Positions 1 through 10,102 of a DNA stretch of 64,000 bases are shown one piece after another. Source of the DNA: an uncultured Planctomycetota bacterium (GTDB lineage: Bacteria > Planctomycetota > Planctomycetia > Isosphaerales > Isosphaeraceae); assembly GCA_963737655.1 (NCBI GenBank), contig CAVTTN010000002.1:1568001-1632000 (forward strand). Reading direction: 5' to 3'. The position numbers and the translations under genes are program-made. Each line of letters opens with the position of its first letter. Within the stretch, counting starts at the first letter, position 1. The notes beneath the pieces were generated by a model, which ran no database searches, was not told where the DNA came from, and saw nothing but the letters and a program-made list of their open reading frames with translations.

Positions 1-1684
1 TCACGTCGTCGACGGCGAAGGCGTAATCGCCGGTGGTCCGGCCGTTGCCGTAGACGGTCAGGGTGTACGTGCCGCCGACGGTCAGGGTGAACGGCCCCTC
101 GTCATAGTAGGCGTAGTAGTTGAAGAGCCGGGAGCCGTCGGGGCCGGTCAGGACGGCGTAGAGTCCGTTATACGGGTCGAGACCGTCGTAGTAGATCCGC
201 TGACCGGGGTCGGCATGGAAGGTGTAGGTGGCCTGGTCGCCGGGGTTGGCGATCGTGTCGCTGACCGTCTGGCCCGGGTTGATCGCCGTCGTGGGATCGA
301 CGTTCTCGTAGGACTGGAGGGTATAGGAACCGGCGCCGTACCCCTCCGGGTTGGAGACGACCAGCGAGTAATTCCCATCGGTCGGCAAGGTGGCCGAGAG
401 GTCTCCGCCGATCCAGCCGTCGTTGATGGACTGATCGGACGGGCCGTAGAGGGTCAAATAATGGCCGTAGTAGCCGTTGGCGTCGGTCACGTCCTCGAAA
501 TAGACGCGCTCGCCGGCCTTCCCGGAAAACGTGAAGATGTCGGACTGCGGCGAACTGGTCTGGGTCACGCTTTCCTGAGAGCCCAGGACCAGCGGCGAGT
601 AGGCCGAGTCCGTCAGGCGGAAGGCGTAATCGACGGGCGAGGCGGACGCGCCCGAGGCGATCAGGTAGTAGGTGCCGCTCTGGGTCAGGGTTAAGGGGTC
701 GGCCTGGGCGGAGAGACCGAGGTTGAGCGCCAGGCTGCCGTCGGGCTTCATCAGCAGGAGGTTCCCGGCCGCCCCCGACGCGCTGACGGTATTGAGGAAG
801 ACCCGCTGACCGGCCGCCCCCTGGAAATCGTACACCGCCACGCCATCGCCGGGGTCGAGGGTGCCGGTGATCGTCTGGGTCGGCCCCAGGGTGATCGGCG
901 TGGCCTCGTCGGCGAGCGACACCATGTCGAAGCCATAAGCCGCCGTCGAGCCATTATAGTTCGTGATCGTGAGCGTATACGTGCCGGGGGTCGCCAGCAA
1001 GAACGGGCTGGTGAGGCCATTGTAGACCGGGTAGGTGGCGAAGACGGTCCGGCCGTTCGGGTCGGTCAGTTGGGCGTAGTTCCCGCCCTGGAACCCTTGA
1101 TCCTGGAAGAAGACGGCCTGGCCGCCCGGGCTCTGGAACGTATAGGTCGCGGAAGCGGCCGAATCGAGCGTGCCGCTCTGAGGCGTGTCGAACCCTTGAG
1201 AAGCCAGCGGCGGGGAGGCGGTGATGTCCGTGACCTGGAACCGATAGTCGATCTCGTCGGCCATGTTCCCCTGGAGTTCCAGGTAATACGGGCCGGTGCC
1301 GGGCAGATCGGCGGAGAAGTCGCTGCCCAGGGTCGCGGAGGCGACCGTCTGGCCTCCCGGATTCAGGAGCGACCATCCCCCGTTCGTCGAGGTGGTCGAG
1401 ACGCTGTGAAACTGGAGGGACTCGCCCGCGGTCCCGTCGATCCGGTACGCCACCAGCTCGTTGCCGGGGTTCAGGGCCCCGGAGATCGAGGTCGGCCCGG
1501 GCGTGCCCAGGACGATCGCGACGCTCTCGATCGACGCCTGCGGGCCCGTCAGGAGGGTCCGATCTTCCAGGAATTCCAGACGACCTTCCCGGCGTCGCTT
1601 CGAGCGAGCCGCCCAGGCCCGAGGGCGGCTCCCGATCGTCTTGGTACGGATCTTCATACCGAAACGCTTCTTCTCGAAGTTCAT
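1..1684 (-). CDS. Large secreted/adhesin-like protein (5' part, runs off window) with Planctomycete extracellular signal and PPC-like beta-sandwich repeats
   Basis: Absent from the ORF track (no stop in window). Manual translation from ATG 1684: MNFEKKRFGMKIRTK...RRREGRLEFLEDRTLLT (LE.LE.R.LL motif), GGGGG RBS upstream. Five ~100-aa repeats: YRIDGTAGESLQF, YTFQSPGGQAVFF, YDFQGAAGQRVFL, FTFSGKAGERVYF, YTFHADPGQRIYY. Confidence 0.85.
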   Translation of the reverse strand, partial: MNFEKKRFGMKIRTKTIGSRPRAWAARSKRRREGRLEFLEDRTLLTGPQASIESVAIVLGTPGPTSISGALNPGNELVAYRIDGTAGESLQFHSVSTTSTNGGWSLLNPGGQTVASATLGSDFSADLPGTGPYYLELQGNMADEIDYRFQVTDITASPPLASQGFDTPQSGTLDSAASATYTFQSPGGQAVFFQDQGFQGGNYAQLTDPNGRTVFATYPVYNGLTSPFLLATPGTYTLTITNYNGSTAAYGFDMVSLADEATPITLGPTQTITGTLDPGDGVAVYDFQGAAGQRVFLNTVSASGAAGNLLLMKPDGSLALNLGLSAQADPLTLTQSGTYYLIASGASASPVDYAFRLTDSAYSPLVLGSQESVTQTSSPQSDIFTFSGKAGERVYFEDVTDANGYYGHYLTLYGPSDQSINDGWIGGDLSATLPTDGNYSLVVSNPEGYGAGSYTLQSYENVDPTTAINPGQTVSDTIANPGDQATYTFHADPGQRIYYDGLDPYNGLYAVLTGPDGSRLFNYYAYYDEGPFTLTVGGTYTLTVYGNGRTTGDYAFAVDDV

Positions 1685-2715
1685 GACTTAGACCCCCCTG
1701 AGATGCGAATCCTCGCGACTGATCCTTCCGATCGAGTCGTCCGCCCGGCCGCCCGGAGGCGCGTGCTGGGGACTCGGAACGGATCCTCTCACGCACCCGG
1801 ACGCCGGAGGGGCATCCCCAAGGTGCGCGCTGCACCGACGGCGACGCCCCCCGGGTGGGGTGGCGTCCGCTTGACGAGGGGGCCCAGCGGCTCAACCCGC
1901 TCAAGGGTCGAGTCGTCGGCCGAGATCTCCGCCACTGTGTCCGGAACCTATCCGCAATCGCTCACGCCTGGATGGAAAAGTTCCTGTCGATTGAGGTCGG
2001 TAGGGGGGCGATCCCGATCGGGGACTGGTGGCAGTCGCACGGTGGAGAATCGCTCTCCGGTGGATTTCAAACGTCGAGTCGTCCTCGTGTTGACGAAAGA
2101 CAACATCGAGACGAGCGGCCCCTTCGATCCCCGCACCGAACCGGGTGACTTCCTTGCCCAGCCCACCTCTTCGGCGAGGAGGTAAGATCCATTCCGCACG
2201 ATCCGAACGCATCCGTGGGCTGTGAGCCGAATCTAGCAACAGCCCTGCGACTCTTCAACTAAAAAGATGAAGGGCGCACAAAAAACGATCGATCCCACCG
2301 CGACATCCCGACAGGCCGGTCGACGGACCCATTCCCGACTTGAACTGTTAAAAATAAATGAGCATATATTATGGATTTCTCGGGGCGGGTCGCGATCGGG
2401 CGGGATGACTTCGGCCGCGCGAGCCGCCGCTCCGCCTGCTGCGGTTCCCGGGAAGGGGGAGGCATCCTCCTCCAGGCATTCGAACCGGTCGGGCCGCGGC
2501 CGGATGACATCCTCTGCCGGGCGATTTCGAGCGTCGAGACGAACTTGTGGGTGTCACCGTCCTCGTCCGCATTCATGCACTCGGTCTTGGCTTCAAGGCT
2601 CAATGCTTGCTCCCCAGGCCCGGCCGAACGGATGGTTAGCCCGCGGGTTCCCGGTATCCGGGCACTCCGCATGATCCAGGCGAGGCACGTGCGTGCCGAA
2701 GTGCCGTCCCCGTCA

Positions 2716-2743
2716 TTTCAAAAAAATAGATTCATGCTATAAT
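2716..2743 (+). promoter_or_regulatory. Candidate sigma70 extended -10 promoter
   Basis: TG-C-TATAAT at 2735-2743 in an A-rich context, which is rare in such GC-rich DNA; weak -35 (TTTCAA). Confidence 0.4.
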
Positions 2744-3542
2744 TTATTTGAGAAGAAGACGTCCATGGCCGGAAAACCGCGGCTTTATTGAGCCACGGAC
2801 TCCGCGATTCCTCGACTCCGGGCGACGCATCGACGAGAGAAACCCGGGCCCGGCCTGGCCAGGGCGGAGCGACCCCCGCCATCGTCGAGGGATGCCGATG
2901 GAGCCGAGACCGGGCATGACCCTCCGCGTCGCGCTGCCGCGGGGGCGAGCGATTGTGTGAACACGTCTTTATTTAATCGTCGGAACGGGGCCGACCGGGG
3001 TCGCAACGCGAGGAAGCCCGCCGGAGCGCCCATCGGCCCACGCGGCCGGACTGGTATAAAATATATGGGAATGGAAATTATAATTCATTCGCACTGGCGT
3101 TCAATCAACGCAGTAGATTGTCCGAATTCTGCATGGGTCGATCTGGCATGCGATCATGCAATATATTGTGAAAATGTGGATGTATTGCGCCCCCCGATGC
3201 GGCCGGGACTTGTTGCGCGTTTTGGCCGATCAGGTCGCGGGCCGACTCGATTTGCCGGTTGTCGCATCGCTTGTGAGGGATTGGACTTGCGATTTTGAGA
3301 GCCGAAAATTCGGACGTGAGTATCCCTGCTCGCGCACGAGTCGATGCGCACGCGAATCCAGCCTGATTTCCGCCCTTTTCGCGAATTTGGGACGAAAAGT
3401 GTAGTCAAATATAGTCAACTTCCTGGAAAAATGACGATTGCCGACCTTTGACGTTCATTAGATTTGATGTTGTCAAGATCATGGCAATCGTCTGCCCTCA
3501 AGATCAAGGTCGACGCAGTTTGCCCATCCTCCTTCCGGACGA

Positions 3543-4862
3543 TCAAAGCGAGACCGCCCCGGGCGAGGCGGACCTCCCGGCGTGCCTGGGGTTCGGGTCG
3601 AACAGCCCGGCGAAGCAGGGGTCGGTGAGGTAATCGACCCGGCGGGCCACCTCGGTGGCGCGACCCGGGCGCATCAGGAGCTGGTCGGAGGGGGGCAGGC
3701 CGAGCACTCGCTTGACGTCCACGCCGAGGAGCTCGGCCACGGTCCGGGCCACCAGGCCGTTGGTCAGCCCGAACGCCTGGATCACGGCCGCGTTGTTCAG
3801 GATGCTCTCCCACTCGGTCGGGTACAGGGCCCGGAGCTGGGCCAGGTCCTGCCAGAACGTCCAGACCTGAACACCATAGCCGCGCAGCAAAGTGACGGCC
3901 GTGAGCAACTGAGGCAAAGGGCCGAGCTGGCCGATCTCGTCGAGGATCAGCAGGGTCCGGGCCTCCGGGGCCCGCGACCTTCGCAAGATCGCCGCGGTGA
4001 GGGTGCCGACCCACAGCCTGAGCAGGGCCCGGTGGCTGCGGAGCCGGTCGGGCGAAAAGATCAAGAAGATGTCGATCGGGTCGCCGCGGACCCATCCGAC
4101 CAGGTCGAACGTGGTCCGGCCGATCGCCTGGCGGACGGCCCTCGCTCCCAGGGACTTCACGCACGCCTGGGCCGTCGAGCGGACGCTCGGCCGGCACTTG
4201 TCGGCCTCGTGCTGGAGATATGCGCCGAGCTCCTCGCGGGCCAGTTGGTTGGCGAACGGGTGGGTGTCCAGCGCGACGGCGATGTTGTAATCGACGTCGT
4301 CGCCGTAGAGCAGGTCGAGGACCCGGCCGAGGTGCCGTTGCGACGGCTCGGGCGACTCGGCGGCCAGGCCGATCAGGCCGGTGAGGAGCCCCTTCGCGCT
4401 GAGTTCCCAGAACAGGTCGCGGCTGGAGATCGGCTGCTCGCCCAGGATCAGCTCGGCGAGCATCTCCGAGTCGCAGTCGGGCTCTCCGCCGGCCAGGGCC
4501 AAGAGGTCCAGCGGGTTCAGGCCCTGGGTCGGGGGCCCGACGATGCCGAACGGGTCGAGGGCCACGACGGTGTGGCCCATCTCGCGACGCCGGCGGGCGG
4601 TGACGTGGTAGTTCTCCCCCTTGACGTCGATGGTCAGGGACGGCCCGGGGTGGGCGAGCAACGCCGGGATCACCCCGGAGCGGCCCTTGCCCCCCCCGGT
4701 CGGCGAGACGGTCAGCAGGTGGCCGTCGCCGGGATGGACGATGGGCAGGGCGCCGGAGGACGGCGGCTCGGGGCGGGCGCCGAAGCCCAGGGACGCATGG
4801 CGTCGGGCGGCGGTCCAGCCCAGGGGCAACCCGGGCGGCAGGTTCGTCGGGATCGCGGTCAC
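3543..4862 (-). CDS. VirD4/TraG-like type IV coupling-protein family P-loop ATPase (~439 aa, no N-terminal TM anchor)
   Basis: GTG at 4862 after AAGGAGG. Walker A HLLTVSPTGGGKG, DVKGEN, LDPFG..NPLD, Walker B LLILDEIGQLG, QDLAQL, NNAAVIQAF. Confidence 0.85.
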   Translation of the reverse strand: MTAIPTNLPPGLPLGWTAARRHASLGFGARPEPPSSGALPIVHPGDGHLLTVSPTGGGKGRSGVIPALLAHPGPSLTIDVKGENYHVTARRRREMGHTVVALDPFGIVGPPTQGLNPLDLLALAGGEPDCDSEMLAELILGEQPISSRDLFWELSAKGLLTGLIGLAAESPEPSQRHLGRVLDLLYGDDVDYNIAVALDTHPFANQLAREELGAYLQHEADKCRPSVRSTAQACVKSLGARAVRQAIGRTTFDLVGWVRGDPIDIFLIFSPDRLRSHRALLRLWVGTLTAAILRRSRAPEARTLLILDEIGQLGPLPQLLTAVTLLRGYGVQVWTFWQDLAQLRALYPTEWESILNNAAVIQAFGLTNGLVARTVAELLGVDVKRVLGLPPSDQLLMRPGRATEVARRVDYLTDPCFAGLFDPNPRHAGRSASPGAVSL

Positions 4863-5231
4863 GGCGGCACCTCCTTGGTTCGATCGAGCGATCGGCCTCC
4901 CGATCGCGCGGCGACCATCGAGAGATACGCGGGGCCTTTCCGAGATTTCCCCCGCGAACGCTCGGGGTGAAAAAACGGCGAGAGGTGCCTTATCTCTCTC
5001 GACGAGATGTCCGGGCGACCCGTTGGGAACGTCAAGCCCGGCCCCCCCAGCTCGTCGGGATCGTCCGGCTGAGCGCCCCGAACGGCCCGGGCCCGAAGGC
5101 CCACCGGCCCGCACCCCATCGATCCCCCGGCCCTCGCGGCGACCATCCGCGAGCGACGGGCCCGATCGGGGTACGTACCGACAAATGCATGCATGAGGTG
5201 CTCATCCTGCCTTTCTCAAAGGAATGGCTCG

Positions 5232-5504
5232 ATGCTGCCTCGGACTCGGTTGATCTCCGCCTGGCTCCGCGACCGGATCGCCCCGGATCGCCGGCGCCCC
5301 CGCCGTTCGTTCGTTCCCCTGGCCGATCGGTGCGAGCCCCGCGTCGTCCTGAGCGACGTGACGCTCCCCACGGCCGTCGTCACCCCGTCGGATCCGGACA
5401 CCCCGCCGACCCCCCAGGCGGTCAACACGGACGACCCGACCGACCCGGCCGACCCCTCGACCGCGCCGTCGGGCCCGCTCCTGGGCACGACCACCTGGAA
5501 CTGA
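5232..5504 (+). CDS. Small (90 aa) protein with Planctomycete extracellular signal and Pro/Thr/Asp-rich tail
   Basis: ATG 5232 after AAAGGA. RRRPRRSFVPLADRCEPRVVLS resembles the RR..F.P..E.LE.R.LLS motif; GC3-rich codons. Confidence 0.7.
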   Translation: MLPRTRLISAWLRDRIAPDRRRPRRSFVPLADRCEPRVVLSDVTLPTAVVTPSDPDTPPTPQAVNTDDPTDPADPSTAPSGPLLGTTTWN

Positions 5505-5904
5505 GCCCCCGAGGGCCTCGCGGGGCGGCCCCGGGCCACCCATGACCGGGGGGCCCGGGGCCGCCCGTCGCCCGGAGGGGCCACGGGCGCGAGGTCATCG
5601 TGGACCTCCGCCCCGCGAGGGCATTGATCCGCGTCGCCGCCAGGGTCCAGGCCGGGGCAAGCGATCGCGGGCCTCGTCATCGTTCCTCCCCGGGCGGCCG
5701 GACGAACACCGGCCGCCGATTCGCGACGATCCCTGGCGAGGCGAGAGCCAGGCGGGTACATTCGTTGAGGCCCTCCGGCCGCACTCCGATCGTGCGGCGG
5801 AGGCCCTCCCGCTTCCCGGGGCGCCTCACCCTCCCTTCCAGGCGCTCCTCGATCGGATAAATTGCGCCGGGCCCTGCCGGCCCGCCCCCGGGAGCCGTTC
5901 CTCC

Positions 5905-6525
5905 ATGACCGATGCCGAGATCCAGGACCTGTGCGAGCGGCTTCGCTCCGAAGGGCCCGACCCCGAGGCCCAGCATCGGATGTTCCTCCACATCGAGGCC
6001 GAGCTCCGCGCGTTGGTCCACCCGATCCTCCGCCGCGACTTCTCCCGGGTCGCCCTGATGGCCGAGACCGACGACGTCCTCCACGACGTCCTGTGCAAGA
6101 TGATGCCGTACCTCCGCCAGGGGGGCGAGGCGTTCGCCACCGACGTGGCCACCTTCCGCAAGCTCACGGCCACGGTCCTCCGCCGGACCCTGATCGGCCT
6201 GGCGAGGAAACATTACGGGTCGCTCCGCGGACACCCCCTGAGCGAACCCTCCGACGCGATCGACCCGGGCCTGGCCGAATCCAGCGGCCTGGACGGCTGG
6301 CGGTCCCGGCTCCGGATCCACGAGCTGATCGACCAGCTCGAGCCCGAGGACCGCGAGGTCATCGAGCTGGCGATGTACACCCACCTCGCCAACGCCGAGA
6401 TGGCCCGGTGCCTCGGGGTCTCGCCCGGCCAGGCGTCCCGGCGGTTCTCCCGGGCCAAGGAGAGGCTCGGCCTCCTCCTGGCCCAGGACGAGCAGAAGGC
6501 GGACTCCGGGTCGATCAAGGGCTGA
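5905..6525 (+). CDS. ECF-type RNA polymerase sigma factor (kinase-associated type)
   Basis: MTDAEIQDLCERL...; region 2 ETDDVLHDV...RRTLIGLARK; region 4 LEPEDREVIEL...NAEMARCLGVSPGQASRRFSRAK; directly upstream of a kinase gene. Confidence 0.88.
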   Translation: MTDAEIQDLCERLRSEGPDPEAQHRMFLHIEAELRALVHPILRRDFSRVALMAETDDVLHDVLCKMMPYLRQGGEAFATDVATFRKLTATVLRRTLIGLARKHYGSLRGHPLSEPSDAIDPGLAESSGLDGWRSRLRIHELIDQLEPEDREVIELAMYTHLANAEMARCLGVSPGQASRRFSRAKERLGLLLAQDEQKADSGSIKG

Positions 6526-6581
6526 GGGTCGGGTGGCCTGCTGACGCCTCCCTCAGCAGGCCCCCGTTCCGGAGAGGAACC

Positions 6582-9500
6582 ATGGCGTTCGACCCCTCCC
6601 GCGTGAAATCGCTGTTCCTGGGCGCATCCGACCTCCCCTCGCCCGAGGAGCGCGCCGCCTATCTCGACCGCGAATGCGAGGGCGAGCCCGAACTCAGGGC
6701 CAGGGTCGAGGCCCTGCTCGCGGTGGACGCTCGCGCCGGGCCGGGCGCCGAACCCGATCCCACGGGCGCGTTTCCCATCGATCCGGCCACGATCCGGAAG
6801 AGCACCGGCGCCGACGCCCCGGAGATCTCTCCATCCTTCGAATTGGCGGGCGAGGAAGGCGGGGCAGGCTCCCACGACTTCACGCGGGACGAGGCCCCGC
6901 CGGCTCATCGCCCGGGCGCGTTCGTCCTCGGCCAGGTCATCGCCGGGCGGTACGCTCTCCTCGAAGTCCTGGGCGAAGGGGGCATGGGCACCGTCTATCT
7001 CGCCGAGCAATCCCGGCCGGTCAAGCGTCGGGTGGCCCTGAAGCTGATCAGGGTCGGCATGGACTCGCGGACCGTCCTGGCGCGGTTCGACGCCGAGCGC
7101 CAGGCCCTGGCCCTGATGGACCACCCCAACATCGCCCGCGTCTACGACGGCGGGGCCACCGAGGCCAATCAGCCGTTCTTCGTCATGGAGCTGGTCCGCG
7201 GCGTCCCGATCACCGAGTATTGCGACCGGCACCGACTGTCCGTCGTCGCCCGCCTCCAGCTCTTCGTCGCCGTGTGTCAGGCCGTGCAGCACGCCCACCA
7301 GAAGGGGATCATCCATCGCGACATCAAGCCCTCGAACGTGATGGTCACCGAGGTGGACGGGCGCCCCACCCCGAAAGTCATCGACTTCGGCGTGGCCAAG
7401 GCGACGGACTCCCATCTCACCGACCAGAGCCTGGGCGACACCGGCGCCATCGTCGGCACGCCGACGTACATGAGCCCCGAGCAGGCCGACCCGTCGACTC
7501 GGGACATCGACACCCGGACCGACGTCTACGCCCTGGGCGTGATCCTCTACGAGCTCCTGGCGGGCTCGCCACCTTTGGATGTCTCGCAGTTCCGCCGAGG
7601 GGCGATCCTGGAGATGCTGCGGATGGTCCGCGAGGTCGATCCGTCGAAGCCGAGCACGAAGCTGAGCACGGCCGACGCCCTGCCCAACATCGCGGCCAAT
7701 CGCGGGATCGACCCGGAGCGCCTGAAACGCGAGCTGCGAGGGGACCTCGACTGGATCGTCATGAAGGCCCTGGAGAAAGACCGGACGCGACGCTACGAGT
7801 CGGCCAACGGTTTCGCCTCCGACATCCTGCGCCACCTCTCCAATGAGCCGGTCCAGGCGGCGCCTCCGAGCCGGTCGTATCGGCTGAGGAAGTTCGCCCG
7901 CAAGCATCGCGCGGGGGTCCTCGCCGCGAGCCTGGTCCTGCTGGCCTTGCTGGCGGGGATCGCGGGAACGACGTGGGGGCTGTTCGAGGCGAAGAGGCAG
8001 GCGGGTCTGGCGAACCAGCGAGAACAGGGAGAGCGCCTCGCCAAGCAGGCGGCCCTCGAAGCGGCCGATAAAGAACGACTGGCCACCCAGAAGGCCCTCA
8101 AGGCCGCCGATCAGGAGAAGAAGGCGAAGGAGACGGTCGAGGACGTCCTGGGTTTCGTCGAGGACAAGATCTTCGCCGCCGCCCGGCCCAAGGACCAGGA
8201 AGGCGGCCTGGGCTATGACGTGAAGCTGGCCGATGCGATCAAGGCCGCGTTGCCCTCGATTCCGACGAGATTCCGCAACAAACCGCTGACCGAGGCCCGC
8301 CTGCGACGGACGATCGGGACGTCCTTCCATTTCCTGGGGAAGCCGGAGATCACCGTGGGGCAATTCGAGGCGGCTCGGTCGCTGTACACCCGGGAACTCG
8401 GCCCCGACCACCCCGACACGCTCGGGATCATGAACCGGCTGGCCGTCGCGTACTCGGACCTCGGCAAAACGGAGGAGGCCCTCAAGCTCCGCGAAGAGGC
8501 GCTGGCCCGGAAGACGGCCACACTCGGACCCGACCACCTGGACACCATCGCCAGCCGGGGCAATCTCGCCCTGAGCTACCTCGCCCTCGGCCGGAATGCG
8601 GAGGCCGTCGAGCTCGGGGAAGAGACCCTGGCCCAGTTGAAAGCCAGGCTCGGCCCCGACCATCCCGAAACGATCATTTGCATGCAATTCCTGGTCATGG
8701 GCTACTCCGGCCTCGGCCGGAATGCCGAGGCGCTCCGGCTCAACGAACAGGCGATGGCCCTGGCGAAGACCAGGCTCGGCCCCGACCACCTCGAAACGAT
8801 CCGGATCCTCCACAACCTGGCGGCCCAGTACGCCGCCCTCGGCCGGCACGCCGAGGCCCTCCCGCTCGGAGAAGAGGCGTTGGCCCGGAGACGGAGGAAG
8901 CTTGGCCCCAACCACCCCCAAACGCTCAATAGCATGCGCAATGTGGCCGACTTTCTCGCCGCCCTCGGTCGGCACGCCGACTCCGTGACGCTCCGCGAGG
9001 AGGCCCTGCCCCTTCAGAAAACCCATCTCGGCCCGGCCCACCCCGAAACGCTCCGGAACATGGTGAACCTGGCCAACGGTTACGCCGCCTTGGGCCGGCA
9101 GGCCGACGCCGTGAAGCTCCGCGAGGAGATGCTGGCCCTCAAGAAGACCAGGCTCGGCCTCGACCAGCCGGAGACGCTCAGGACCCTGAGGAACCTGGCC
9201 CTCAGCCTCCTGGCCGCCGGTCGGCTCCCGGAGGCGAGCGCGCTCCTGGAGCGGGCCGTCGATCGAAACGATCCCGAGAGTGCGCGGTGGCTCGCCGTGG
9301 TTCAAGCCTGGCTCGGCCAGGACCCGCGATTCGCGGCAACCCGGCGGCGGGTCCTCGCGCTGGCCAGGGGGGCCGACGACGCGGCGGAGGCGTATCGCGC
9401 CGCGCAGGTCGCCGCCTTGCGACCGTCGACCAACCCGGCGGAACTCGAAGCGATCCTCGCCCTCGGGCGCAAGGCCGTGGGACGGAACCGGGGCGAGCCG

Positions 9501-9842
9501 GAGCTCCTGGCCCTCGGCATGGCCGAATTCCGCAACGGCCACCTCGTCGCCGCCGAGGAGGCTCTCCTCGCCGCCGCGAAGGCCGGGAAGGACGTCAACG
9601 CGGCGGGCATCGCGGACTTCTACCGGGCCATCAGCCTGTTCCAGCAAGGCAAGAAGGACGAGGCCCGAGACCTCGCCACCAGGGCCTCCGCGACGATGAG
9701 ACCGTGGCCCAGGGACGAGCGGAACCCCCTGGCCGACGGCGCCTCCCGCGACCACCTGATCCTCTGGCTGGCCTACCAGGAGGCGAAGGCCCTGATCGGC
9801 TTCGAACCGCCCCCCTCGCCGACGCCGCCCGTCGCGAAATGA
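6582..9842 (+). CDS. Membrane Ser/Thr protein kinase with TPR repeats (~1086 aa)
   Basis: ATG after GGAGAGGA. LGEGGMGTV, VALK, HRDIKPSN, DFG, GTPTYMSPE; TM helix VLAASLVLLALLAGIAG; LGPDHPxT TPR units. Confidence 0.95.
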   Translation: MAFDPSRVKSLFLGASDLPSPEERAAYLDRECEGEPELRARVEALLAVDARAGPGAEPDPTGAFPIDPATIRKSTGADAPEISPSFELAGEEGGAGSHDFTRDEAPPAHRPGAFVLGQVIAGRYALLEVLGEGGMGTVYLAEQSRPVKRRVALKLIRVGMDSRTVLARFDAERQALALMDHPNIARVYDGGATEANQPFFVMELVRGVPITEYCDRHRLSVVARLQLFVAVCQAVQHAHQKGIIHRDIKPSNVMVTEVDGRPTPKVIDFGVAKATDSHLTDQSLGDTGAIVGTPTYMSPEQADPSTRDIDTRTDVYALGVILYELLAGSPPLDVSQFRRGAILEMLRMVREVDPSKPSTKLSTADALPNIAANRGIDPERLKRELRGDLDWIVMKALEKDRTRRYESANGFASDILRHLSNEPVQAAPPSRSYRLRKFARKHRAGVLAASLVLLALLAGIAGTTWGLFEAKRQAGLANQREQGERLAKQAALEAADKERLATQKALKAADQEKKAKETVEDVLGFVEDKIFAAARPKDQEGGLGYDVKLADAIKAALPSIPTRFRNKPLTEARLRRTIGTSFHFLGKPEITVGQFEAARSLYTRELGPDHPDTLGIMNRLAVAYSDLGKTEEALKLREEALARKTATLGPDHLDTIASRGNLALSYLALGRNAEAVELGEETLAQLKARLGPDHPETIICMQFLVMGYSGLGRNAEALRLNEQAMALAKTRLGPDHLETIRILHNLAAQYAALGRHAEALPLGEEALARRRRKLGPNHPQTLNSMRNVADFLAALGRHADSVTLREEALPLQKTHLGPAHPETLRNMVNLANGYAALGRQADAVKLREEMLALKKTRLGLDQPETLRTLRNLALSLLAAGRLPEASALLERAVDRNDPESARWLAVVQAWLGQDPRFAATRRRVLALARGADDAAEAYRAAQVAALRPSTNPAELEAILALGRKAVGRNRGEPELLALGMAEFRNGHLVAAEEALLAAAKAGKDVNAAGIADFYRAISLFQQGKKDEARDLATRASATMRPWPRDERNPLADGASRDHLILWLAYQEAKALIGFEPPPSPTPPVAK
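8397..9200 (+). repeat. Seven 126-bp (42-aa) TPR tandem units within the kinase
   Basis: LGPDHPDT/LGPDHLDT/LGPDHPET/LGPDHLET/LGPNHPQT/LGPAHPET/LGLDQPET units at 126-bp spacing (8397, 8523, 8649 ... 9153). Confidence 0.85.
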
Positions 9843-10102
9843 TCGAGCCGCGGCCGGGGGATGCCGGCGATTCCCCGCCCGCGTCGTCCTTGAGACGCTT
9901 CCGTTCGCGGTCGGCCGAAAACCTGCTTACCCAGACGCAAACACGGTACGCAACCACCCGAAACGGCCGGATTAACACAATACCAGGCCCTCTCCTTCGG
10001 CCCGTCGCGCACCGAAATCCCCGGTCGAGCGCCGAGAACATCCAGAGGGGGGCGGCCCGACCGCCCGGGTCTTCCGCCTCCGGGCGGCCAGGAGAGGACG
10101 CG

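Noticed and set aside
2185..2265. Possible riboswitch upstream of the adhesin
   Set aside because: Short stems are present (GGGCTGT/ACAGCCC), but I could not match the conserved core of any known riboswitch class.
8397..9200. Regularly spaced 126-bp repeats as a possible CRISPR array
   Set aside because: These are in-frame, degenerate TPR coding repeats; there is no repeat-spacer structure and no cas gene.
6213..9755. Long antisense and alternative-frame ORFs (e.g. 6213-9755, 17736-20894, 23344-26031, 52901-55555)
   Set aside because: Shadow ORFs of real genes in high-GC DNA; R/G/P-rich with no motifs.
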